A program made the translations under genes and the position numbers. A DNA stretch of 64,000 nucleotides from Nitrospirota bacterium (GTDB taxonomy: Bacteria > Nitrospirota > UBA9217), in the NCBI GenBank assembly GCA_963737155.1, contig CAVTRN010000002.1:1792001-1856000 (forward strand). The letters run 5' to 3'. This document shows, piece by piece, positions 56,230 to 64,000 of this stretch (positions within the stretch are counted from its first letter, which is position 1; each line of letters begins with the position of its first letter). The notes under the pieces are model-generated. The model made no database searches. It was not told where the DNA came from and saw only the letters and a program-made list of their open reading frames with translations.

Positions 56230-57459
56230 ATGAAGATCGCGATTGTCTATCCTTCTCTCCATGCGGTCGGAGGGGCGGAAAATGTTGTAATATGGCTCGC
56301 TGAAAGCCTGGCAAAAAGGGGACATGATATTGTCCTTATGACGAGGGAATTTTCCGAATCCATCTGGGGCAAGAGGGAGGATCGTCCATACACAGTATGC
56401 TTGCTTGATTTCAAGAAATACCGATCGACATTGAAAACAAACCGCGCCGCGGGCATGGCGCTGGGAAAGGCACTCGCGTCAAGTGATTTTGATGTTATTA
56501 ATCCGCACAACTATCCTGCAAGTCTTTGGGTTTATTATGCCCGTCAGCACAAAAATGACTTCCCGGATGTGATCCTGTATTTGCATAATCTGACACGGAA
56601 TTTTTATGAAAGATTGATTGATACCCATTATCGAAGGCTTCCGGGACTTCGGAACATATGGAACAGATACCGTCCGAAGAAGATGTTTCGTTCCTTCAGG
56701 CAAATCCTTTTCGGATACCGGCGTCTCGACAAGGCAGCAGTGGTCTCTTGCAGCAGGGTGCTCGCGAACAGCGCTTATGCCGCTGAAATTGCAAAAAAGA
56801 TCTATGGTATTGAAATCCAGCCGTGTCCGCTGGGTGTTTCCCCGGAACGGTACGGGGACCAGCGTGAGAACCAGTTCAAGCAGGCACGGAAGGGGATTTC
56901 TTCCTTGACGGTAGCAAGAATGGAAGTGCAAAAAAATTATGACACGGTTCTGAAGGCGGTTAGCCTGGTAAAAGAAAAGGATGCACTGCCAGCAGGTTTC
57001 CAACATAAAATAGCGGGCGACGGACCTTATCGCAAAAGCTTTCAAAGAAAAGCCCGCAAACTCGGCATTGCTGATGTCGTACAGTTTCTTGGCTCAGTGC
57101 CTCATAATGATATCGGGCGATTCTATGCTGATGCCGAATTCATTGTGCATATCCCGCTCGATGAACCGTTCGGTTTGGTACCGCTCGAGGCGGCGTTGCT
57201 GAAGAAACCGAGCATTGTTTCCGATCATGGCGGACCTGCGGAAATCGTGATTGACGGGGTTACGGGATACCATGTAGATGCGCTGAATCCCCATGAAGTC
57301 GCGAAAAGAATGGATCATCTCTTGAACAATCCGGAAATCGCCCGGATGATGGGTGAAGCAGCATATCATCGGGTAATGGAAAATATGACATGGGATGTCT
57401 TTGTCCGTAATTTTGAAGAACATTTGAAACAGATTCAGGGACAAAATCAGGCAAGCTAG
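56230..57459 (+). CDS. GT4 glycosyltransferase
   Basis: GGAE, QKNYD, EPFGLVPLEA, GGPAEIV.DG.TG. Confidence 0.9.
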   Translation: MKIAIVYPSLHAVGGAENVVIWLAESLAKRGHDIVLMTREFSESIWGKREDRPYTVCLLDFKKYRSTLKTNRAAGMALGKALASSDFDVINPHNYPASLWVYYARQHKNDFPDVILYLHNLTRNFYERLIDTHYRRLPGLRNIWNRYRPKKMFRSFRQILFGYRRLDKAAVVSCSRVLANSAYAAEIAKKIYGIEIQPCPLGVSPERYGDQRENQFKQARKGISSLTVARMEVQKNYDTVLKAVSLVKEKDALPAGFQHKIAGDGPYRKSFQRKARKLGIADVVQFLGSVPHNDIGRFYADAEFIVHIPLDEPFGLVPLEAALLKKPSIVSDHGGPAEIVIDGVTGYHVDALNPHEVAKRMDHLLNNPEIARMMGEAAYHRVMENMTWDVFVRNFEEHLKQIQGQNQAS

Positions 57460-57486
57460 GCACCAGTACCACCGACGAGGTAAATT

Positions 57487-58800
57487 ATGCCGGAAGAGAG
57501 TTTTGCGGGATCGGTGAAAACAAATTATCGAAATATCGTCCGGCGGATACGAATCGCGAAGCGGGTTATACGTCACTATCGCAAGATAGCCCTTCATCGC
57601 CCTGACACCTCCTGGGAATTTTATCAATTTGAACGAAGTGTAAATCCTATGACCTGGGACAGACATGATGAAATTTCTGCTTGGGCACAGTCTTGCTCGC
57701 AAAATACCGTTGAGTGGGAACATCGCTCGCTCTACGAAACGTCGAATGATCCGGTGGCCCGACAGGGGTACACTCTGATGCAAGAAGTAAAACGGAAATA
57801 TAAGGGACGATTCAGCAATCAGGAACAGATAAAAATTCTGATGCACGTGCCGTCCTGGAGATACTCTCCTGGGGGATATTCTGTTCACACAAATATTGTG
57901 CAGGCACTTGACTTTATCGGTATTCCCGTTCGGGTACTTGGTTGGGACCAGCCAATTGAATCGGCACTAGAGTCATTCAAACCTACAGTCTTCCTTACCA
58001 GCGATCATGACTCATATTTAAAGAGAATAAACTGGGATTCCCTAGCCACGTATAGAAAAAAGAATTTAGTCAGGCTCGGTTTAACCGCTTCCCTTGAGGA
58101 ATACGGCAACACCCCTTTGCCATTGCGGTTGGAATGGGCGAAAAAATATTGCGTTGATTTCTATTATAGTTTTCGGGCGCCGGAATATATCAGGCAGAGG
58201 AAGGAATACAACCTCTTTCTTGAAAATGGATATCGGATTTACAGCATAGAATTCGGAGCAAATCCGCTTGCATATTACCCGGTTCCGGGATTTAAAAGAG
58301 ACATAGATTATGTATTCCTGGCCTCTAGCAACCCGGATAAATGGCCGCGATACAGGACTTATTTGTCCTCCATTTTCAATCGTTATCCTGGGTTCATTGA
58401 TGGCCCGGGATGGTCTTTCATAAATAATTTCACATTTAATCCCATCAGAGATCGTTATATCTATTCCAGGGCGAAGGTAGGAGTAAATTTACACATTGAA
58501 AACCAAATCGATCATGCATGTGAATTAAACGAAAGGACGTATATGTTGGCAGCGTGCGGCATTCCCCAGTTGGTTGATAACCCTATGCTTTTGACTTCCA
58601 GGTTTACTCCTGGTTGTTTCTTTACGGCCGGTAGCCCGAGGGAATATGAATCCCTGTTTGAAGAAATAATCAGCAATCCGGGAATGGCGGCAACCAGGGC
58701 ATTACAAGCCCAGCGGGAAGTATTTGAGAAACATACCATCTTGCACCGTGCAGAACGATTTGTTCTTGACCTAGTGGACGACAAGGGGAATCAGAATTAA
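57487..58800 (+). CDS. CgeB-like GT-B glycosyltransferase
   Basis: FGANP..Y.P, GPGW, Y..AKVGVN.H, NERTY.LAACG, HT..HRA. Confidence 0.7.
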   Translation: MPEESFAGSVKTNYRNIVRRIRIAKRVIRHYRKIALHRPDTSWEFYQFERSVNPMTWDRHDEISAWAQSCSQNTVEWEHRSLYETSNDPVARQGYTLMQEVKRKYKGRFSNQEQIKILMHVPSWRYSPGGYSVHTNIVQALDFIGIPVRVLGWDQPIESALESFKPTVFLTSDHDSYLKRINWDSLATYRKKNLVRLGLTASLEEYGNTPLPLRLEWAKKYCVDFYYSFRAPEYIRQRKEYNLFLENGYRIYSIEFGANPLAYYPVPGFKRDIDYVFLASSNPDKWPRYRTYLSSIFNRYPGFIDGPGWSFINNFTFNPIRDRYIYSRAKVGVNLHIENQIDHACELNERTYMLAACGIPQLVDNPMLLTSRFTPGCFFTAGSPREYESLFEEIISNPGMAATRALQAQREVFEKHTILHRAERFVLDLVDDKGNQN

Positions 58801-59314
58801 CATGGCATTTTTGCTCAATACAAACATCGATACAGCGATCAATAAAAACTAAGAGGAAATATCGCATGGTTTGGTCCTGCGGTAAATTATCTCTTCGATC
58901 GAAATAAAGGCTGCGTTGTAGGAGAAATGAACCTTCGGATGGAAGGTGCGGCACCGTAACAAAAAATGAAGAAAACCAACAACCTTGCTTATGTGCCGAA
59001 TGATAAAATAAATCGTGAATAGGAAAACAAGTTTATGAAATGGTGCATAAAGTTCCGAGAGACAGAAAGACGCTTTTTTAGATCTACTTAAAGTATGACT
59101 GTATAGCACTCTCGGAGCGACATGGCTGCTTTATTCAGAAAATATATTATTTGGACATTCACCGAATCCTGTTGCCCTTCTGGCTATTTTTATTACATAA
59201 CGTATGGAAGGCACATATCAATATCATTCAAACTCCTCTAATATGTATTGTATAACATGAGAATTACCGAAAAGTTGTGCGACGACCATGAAAATGGTAA
59301 TTATATAACACTGG

Positions 59315-60049
59315 ATGTTAATGCTGAAAAATAAAATCAAAAAACTAGTAAGGTATAAAAAATACTGCGAGGATTTTCTGAAGTTCAGAAAATTTGCGTT
59401 GCTCAAGGAGCAACGATTCCCTCTGCGCTGGAGCGACCGTTATCCGTGCCTAAACGATAAGACGTCAACGACGGATTTTGACCGGCATTATATCTATCAT
59501 CCTGCATGGGCCGCACGAGTTCTTGCGCAGACTCGTCCGGAATATCATGTGGATATATCATCGTCGCTTTATTTCTGTTCTATTGTTTCGGCCTTCATTC
59601 CGGTCAGATTTTATGATTATCGGCCGGCGGATTTGAGGCTTTCCAATCTTACGGCTGAACCGATTGATCTGCTTGCCTTGCCGTTCGCAACAGGCAGCAT
59701 TCAGTCGCTTTCATGCATGCATGTGGTGGAGCATATCGGTTTAGGTCGTTACGGAGACCCTCTGGATTCCGATGGCGATCTGAATGCAATTTCAGAACTA
59801 AAAAGAGTCTTGGCGCCGGGCGGTTCCTTGTTGTTTGTGGTGCCGATTGGCAAACCAAAGATACTGTTTAACGCTCATCGCATCTATGCTTTCGACCAGA
59901 TCTCAAAATACTTCAGTGACTTCGAAATGAAGGCATTTGCCCTGATACTTGACAACCCTGTCGAAGGCGGCTTCATCGAGCAAGCAACAAAGGAATTGGC
60001 GGATTCACAGCATTATGGTTGCGGATGTTTCTGGTTTAAAAAGGTTTGA
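59315..60049 (+). CDS. DUF268-like / class I SAM-dependent methyltransferase
   Basis: FDRHY.YH.AWA, HVDISS, SLSCMHVVEHIGLGRYGDP, RVLAPGG, FNAHRIY. Confidence 0.75.
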   Translation: MLMLKNKIKKLVRYKKYCEDFLKFRKFALLKEQRFPLRWSDRYPCLNDKTSTTDFDRHYIYHPAWAARVLAQTRPEYHVDISSSLYFCSIVSAFIPVRFYDYRPADLRLSNLTAEPIDLLALPFATGSIQSLSCMHVVEHIGLGRYGDPLDSDGDLNAISELKRVLAPGGSLLFVVPIGKPKILFNAHRIYAFDQISKYFSDFEMKAFALILDNPVEGGFIEQATKELADSQHYGCGCFWFKKV

Positions 60050-61011
60050 CATGGAGTATTTTATTGATAAAAATTAGATTGCCTTTCCTTTGCATGAAGA
60101 GAAGCCGCCACGATTCCATTGCGACTGCAAATGTCGTAACCGAGGCTCTGGTTAAGCTTCATACGTCTCCGCGTACGAGCGCCGGCAATTACCCGGCCGA
60201 ATGCATCATATTCTCAATGGACAGGGCTCTCCAGCTTCATGCCTTGCTCTCTTCCTACTTCGAGAAAGTTCAGGGCCCGCTGCCAGTACATGTTTTGTAT
60301 CGAACGTCCACTCGCGCTCACCAGAAGGCATATGAAGAAGTCTTTTCAATTTTTCAAGGACGTCGGCTAACGGCAGTTGTTCAGGAAAGCAGGGAATCCT
60401 TTAAAAGACAACTCATTCATATTCTGGGCTCCCTCGAATCGTCTAAAGTCGTCTTTTTAGTTGATGATATTATTTTTATAGAAAACGTCAATATGGAAGA
60501 TTTTATAAATTTCGATACAAGAACGACAATTCCGTCTCTTCGCATGGGGGCCAATCTCGAGAGGGCTTACACGGTTCAGCAAAACCAGATGCTTCCGCCT
60601 TTCACACCGCAAGCAATAAAAGACGAGGACAAGCTTTGCTGGGTTTGGGCGGATGGGGTGTATGATTGGGGCTATCCTCTGTCAGTTGATGGGCATCTGT
60701 TCTCGGCACGAGAAATTGGCATACTGGCGAATTATACGAACTTCAATTCTCCTAACACCTTTGAATCGAATCTTCAGGCATGGGTAAAATATTTCAAACA
60801 TCGCAACGGCATATGCTACAAAAAATCGAGGATCGTGAACATTCCGGCAAACAGGGTACAAAGCGATATAAACAATATACACGGATCTGTGCATCAGGAT
60901 TATTTGCTGGAACAGTGGATGCTCGGGAAACAGATGGATTATCGCTCGCTTTACGGAATGGCGAACATCAGTGCACATCAGGAAGTAGAATTTCACCTGA
61001 TACAGCGGTGA
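60046..61011 (+). CDS. Hypothetical GT-A-fold glycosyltransferase-like protein (start uncertain; alternative ATG at 60094)
   Basis: IIFSMDRA.QL..LL.S, FLVDDIIF (DxD-like), DWGYPLSVDGH, PNTFE. Confidence 0.65.
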   Translation: MTWSILLIKIRLPFLCMKRSRHDSIATANVVTEALVKLHTSPRTSAGNYPAECIIFSMDRALQLHALLSSYFEKVQGPLPVHVLYRTSTRAHQKAYEEVFSIFQGRRLTAVVQESRESFKRQLIHILGSLESSKVVFLVDDIIFIENVNMEDFINFDTRTTIPSLRMGANLERAYTVQQNQMLPPFTPQAIKDEDKLCWVWADGVYDWGYPLSVDGHLFSAREIGILANYTNFNSPNTFESNLQAWVKYFKHRNGICYKKSRIVNIPANRVQSDINNIHGSVHQDYLLEQWMLGKQMDYRSLYGMANISAHQEVEFHLIQR

Positions 61012-61066
61012 CAATAAGTCGAGGGCCGAGGATGGACGAAAAAAGGTGTATGAGGTTTGCTAAAGA

Positions 61067-62035
61067 ATGAATACGAAACCGCTGGTCTCCATCTGTATAC
61101 CCGTTTACAACAGCGCTTTCTATTTGAGGTCGTGTCTGGACAGTATCGCGTCTCAGACCTATAGTCCACGGGAAGTTATTATTGCCGACGACGGATCGTC
61201 TGATGGCTCTATTGATATAGCAGCTGAATATGTTCAAAATTATGGGTTTAAGCTCCATCGGAATGGGACGAATCTCGGAGCGGCAAAAACTTCAAGTAAA
61301 CTCATCGAAATGGCAGCAGGCGAGTATATCGCTCTTTATCATTCCGATGATGTGTATGAAAGCACGATTGTTGAAGAATCAGCGGCGGTCCTAAGCAATG
61401 ACGCAACAATCGGTCTCGTTGGAACGATGGCAAGTATCATTGATGAGCATGGGAATCGTCTGTCGGAATTTAAACTCCATGATGCAATTAAATCATTAAA
61501 CAAAAAAACATACAGTTTTGATGAAACCATGCTGGGAATGTTAAAAAACGCGGGACACGATATTTTTCTGGTGACACCCTCGATCATGGCGAGAAAAAAT
61601 GTGTACAGGGAAGTGGGTGGTTTTGATACGCGAAAATACAGGTCGGCTTACGATTATGAAATGTGGCTGCGTATGGCAACAAAGCACCGGGTGGCAATAC
61701 TGGATAAAAGGTTAATGCACTATCGAATTCACAAGAATCAGATCAGTGAATCACAAATCAGAAAGAATCTGGAAGTCCAAGATATCCTGTGGGTAATCAG
61801 GGATTATCGGCAATTGATTTCGAGCAGAAGACTTAAAAAATATTGCGATCGCATGCTCGATAAGTGGCTGTTTAGAACGGCAAAGAAGCAGAATTACAAC
61901 GGAATGTTCTTGAAAAGCAGCGAAACGCTGAATCTCGTCGAGTCACCCAAATATGCAATTTTGAAAAGTGTCGTCAGATTGTTTAATACGATGAAAATTA
62001 CCATGAAAAAGACGAAATCTGCGTACCATGATTAG
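61067..62035 (+). CDS. GT2 glycosyltransferase
   Basis: VSICIPVYN, DDGSSD, HSDD, DYEMWLR, YRIH. Confidence 0.9.
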   Translation: MNTKPLVSICIPVYNSAFYLRSCLDSIASQTYSPREVIIADDGSSDGSIDIAAEYVQNYGFKLHRNGTNLGAAKTSSKLIEMAAGEYIALYHSDDVYESTIVEESAAVLSNDATIGLVGTMASIIDEHGNRLSEFKLHDAIKSLNKKTYSFDETMLGMLKNAGHDIFLVTPSIMARKNVYREVGGFDTRKYRSAYDYEMWLRMATKHRVAILDKRLMHYRIHKNQISESQIRKNLEVQDILWVIRDYRQLISSRRLKKYCDRMLDKWLFRTAKKQNYNGMFLKSSETLNLVESPKYAILKSVVRLFNTMKITMKKTKSAYHD

Positions 62036-62136
62036 AAACATACCCCTGACAAAACGCATGAATTGATGAACAAACCTCACACGAGCAGGAAAACATATAT
62101 TCAACGCAGGAAAATCATGCTCTCGAAGGTCATTGG

Positions 62137-62332
62137 TCATTCGCCGAGGGGCATGTGATGAATAATATCGGCGTTCGTTTTCTTCGCCGTTGCTGCATTG
62201 CCTTTCTTCCCAGTAAAAATCCCGATTAGCTCATAGTAAGGCTTATTTGACTCTTTTTGCAATACGGAGGCAGTTCGGATTGCCATTTCGCCTATTCCAG
62301 ATATCAAGATCTTTTGCAGGGAGATAAATCAT
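62137..62332 (-). pseudogene. Degenerate fragment with a Rossmann-like motif (possibly the cytoplasmic domain of a WcaJ-type sugar transferase)
   Basis: SD AAGGAGG and ATG at 62332, then a frameshift into KILISGIGEMA..YELIGIF..AKKTNADII. Confidence 0.4.
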
Positions 62333-62497
62333 CTATCCTCCTTATAACAATGCGTGCTTTGTCATATTGATTTATTTTTCACATAAAGTGATAAGCTACT
62401 TCGTGCAAGAAATTTATTGCACGAAAAATACGAACAACGGGCAAAATAATGCAAGATATCAAACAGTAGCGGGGTTCAGAAAGTAAGAAGCTTTGCC

Positions 62498-62527
62498 TTG
62501 ACCATGCGTATAATTTTATGGTATCTT
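62498..62527 (+). promoter_or_regulatory. Putative sigma70 promoter upstream of the galE remnant and gmd
   Basis: TTGACC-N18-TATCTT with a TGn extension. Confidence 0.5.
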
Positions 62528-62589
62528 ATTTCTTTCATATAATCTGGGAAGGAGCCCCCAATATCACCAATCAACCCATCCAGTTCAAA

Positions 62590-62700
62590 ATCGCCAAGAA
62601 GGTCACTAATGAAGATATCCCTTTCAGGACGCCGATTGAAGGAGGAGACCTTCCTCTCTTGGTTGCCGACAGCTCCAAATAGAAATGGAAGCTAAATTAT
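62590..62700 (+). pseudogene. galE: Remnant of the UDP-glucose 4-epimerase (GalE) C-terminus
   Basis: Frame reads IAKKVTNEDIP...GDLPLLVADSSK*KWKLNY, matching the GalE pattern A..VTG..P....RR.GD...LVAD.SK...L.W; contains an internal stop. Confidence 0.6.
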
Positions 62701-62811
62701 ATAAGCTGAACCGCATCAGACTGAGAAAGGACTCACGAATACCGGTCGCAAAACAAAAGAATAGTTGCATAGTTACTCATCCCTCGACATTCGCCATACG
62801 GAGGAATTATT

Positions 62812-63951
62812 TTGAAACGAGCACTCATTACCGGCATCACAGGACAGGATGGATCTTACCTTGCAGAACTTCTGTTGTCAAAAGGATACGAGGTTCATGG
62901 GCTTATTCGCCGTGCAAGCACCTTTAACACTGGAAGAATCGATCATATTTATGCGGACCCCCACCTCAGCGGAACGAGACTTTTTTTGCATTACGGAGAT
63001 CTGTCGGATGGCGGCCAGTTGACTCATATCATCTATAACATCAAACCTGATGAAGTCTATAATCTTGCGGCCCAAAGCCACGTGCGGGTGAGCTTCGATA
63101 TGCCTGAATACACCGGCGACATTGTGGGCCTCGGCACCACACGTCTTCTCGAGAGCGTCCTGAGGAGCGGTATTACGACGAAATACTACCAGGCATCATC
63201 CTCCGAGATGTTCGGTGCAGCGAAACCGCCACAAAATGAGAATACTATATTTTATCCTCGGAGTCCCTACGCAGCGGCAAAAGTATACGCCTACTGGATT
63301 ACCATAAACTACCGTGAAGGCCACAATCTGTTCGCCTGTAACGGGATTCTTTTCAATCACGAGTCTCCGCGTCGCGGTGAAACATTTGTAACCAGAAAGA
63401 TCACGCGGGCAGTGGCTGCCATTCTGGCAGGGAAACAGGATAAGCTCTATCTTGGCAATCTCGATGCAAAAAGGGACTGGGGTTTTGCTCCGGAATATGT
63501 CGAATGCCAATGGTTGATGTTGCAACAGGACCGCGCTGAAGACTATGTTATCGGCACCGGAGAGAGCCACTCGGTGCGGGAGTTCGTTGAACTTGCCTTC
63601 AATTACGTCGGTGTCGAAATAGAATGGAGAGGAAAGGGAATCGGAGAAAAAGGAGTCGTCCGTTCGCAGAGGCCATCCTTGGCATCTGCGGTGAAGACAG
63701 GAGATACTCTAATTGAAATCGATTCTCGGTATTTTCGGCCCACAGAAGTTGATTTCCTTCTTGCAGATGCATCCAAAGCGAGGAAGAATCTGGGCTGGGC
63801 ACCTAAAATCGCCTTTAATGAGCTAGTTAAAATCATGGTTGACGGAGACATGGAGATGTACAATCTAACATCTCCTGGCGAAGGGAGGGGAATTTTATCA
63901 AGCAAGGACATTCACTGGACGAACAACAAACAAATGTGCGCTCTTAAATGA
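62812..63951 (+). CDS. gmd: GDP-mannose 4,6-dehydratase, TTG start
   Basis: [58 protein letters not shown]. Confidence 0.97.
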   Translation: MKRALITGITGQDGSYLAELLLSKGYEVHGLIRRASTFNTGRIDHIYADPHLSGTRLFLHYGDLSDGGQLTHIIYNIKPDEVYNLAAQSHVRVSFDMPEYTGDIVGLGTTRLLESVLRSGITTKYYQASSSEMFGAAKPPQNENTIFYPRSPYAAAKVYAYWITINYREGHNLFACNGILFNHESPRRGETFVTRKITRAVAAILAGKQDKLYLGNLDAKRDWGFAPEYVECQWLMLQQDRAEDYVIGTGESHSVREFVELAFNYVGVEIEWRGKGIGEKGVVRSQRPSLASAVKTGDTLIEIDSRYFRPTEVDFLLADASKARKNLGWAPKIAFNELVKIMVDGDMEMYNLTSPGEGRGILSSKDIHWTNNKQMCALK

Positions 63952-64000
63952 TTAGCACTCTGATGACGACTAATGCAGTTATAACATGATGGAAGGTTTA

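Noticed and set aside
58801-59314. Possible decayed gene in the 500-nt gap
   Set aside because: Short frames give no motif I can recognise; BLASTX is needed before calling a pseudogene
63952-63978. TTAGCACTC, the left arm of a CIRCE element
   Set aside because: The right arm GAGTGCTAA is absent after N9, and the context (after gmd) is not a chaperone gene
1-64000. CRISPR arrays, tRNA or rRNA genes, prophage or defence islands
   Set aside because: I saw no regularly spaced direct repeats, tRNA cloverleafs, rRNA signatures or phage genes; a formal scan (tRNAscan-SE, Infernal, CRISPR finder) was not run

Overview
Mostly core chromosome of a Gram-negative bacterium; gene content and order suggest Nitrospirota or a Deltaproteobacteria-like lineage (inference, not verified). 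In order: lolE end, a small membrane protein and lolD; a tetrapyrrole operon (ccsA-hemA-hemC-cobA/hemD-IscA-like-hemB); an accessory block at about 8.0-19.1 kb; the rimP-nusA-ylxR/ylxQ-infB-ylxP-rbfA-nrnA-truB-rpsO-pnp region; a degenerate FAD oxidoreductase; clpC on the minus strand; a Ser/Thr-rich lipoprotein, short argA and hemW; a long envelope/lipid A operon (bamA-skp-lpxD-fabZ-lpxA-lpxI-gnnA-gnnB-lpxB-msbA-lpxJ-like-waaA-lpxK-gmhB-waaF); and an LPS/O-antigen glycosyltransferase cluster with three decayed gene remnants, ending in gmd. The accessory block holds a frameshifted tnpB-only IS200/IS605 element, a 1462-aa PPDK-like dikinase lacking the pyruvate-binding domain, a GAPDH with NADP-type residues, a DEAD-box helicase and a protein with RelA/SpoT-synthetase-like motifs. 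The two best candidates for new biology are the giant dikinase plus GAPDH pair and the alarmone-synthetase-like enzyme of unknown product. I saw no rRNA, tRNA or CRISPR array. All family assignments come from motif recognition by eye; no searches were run.
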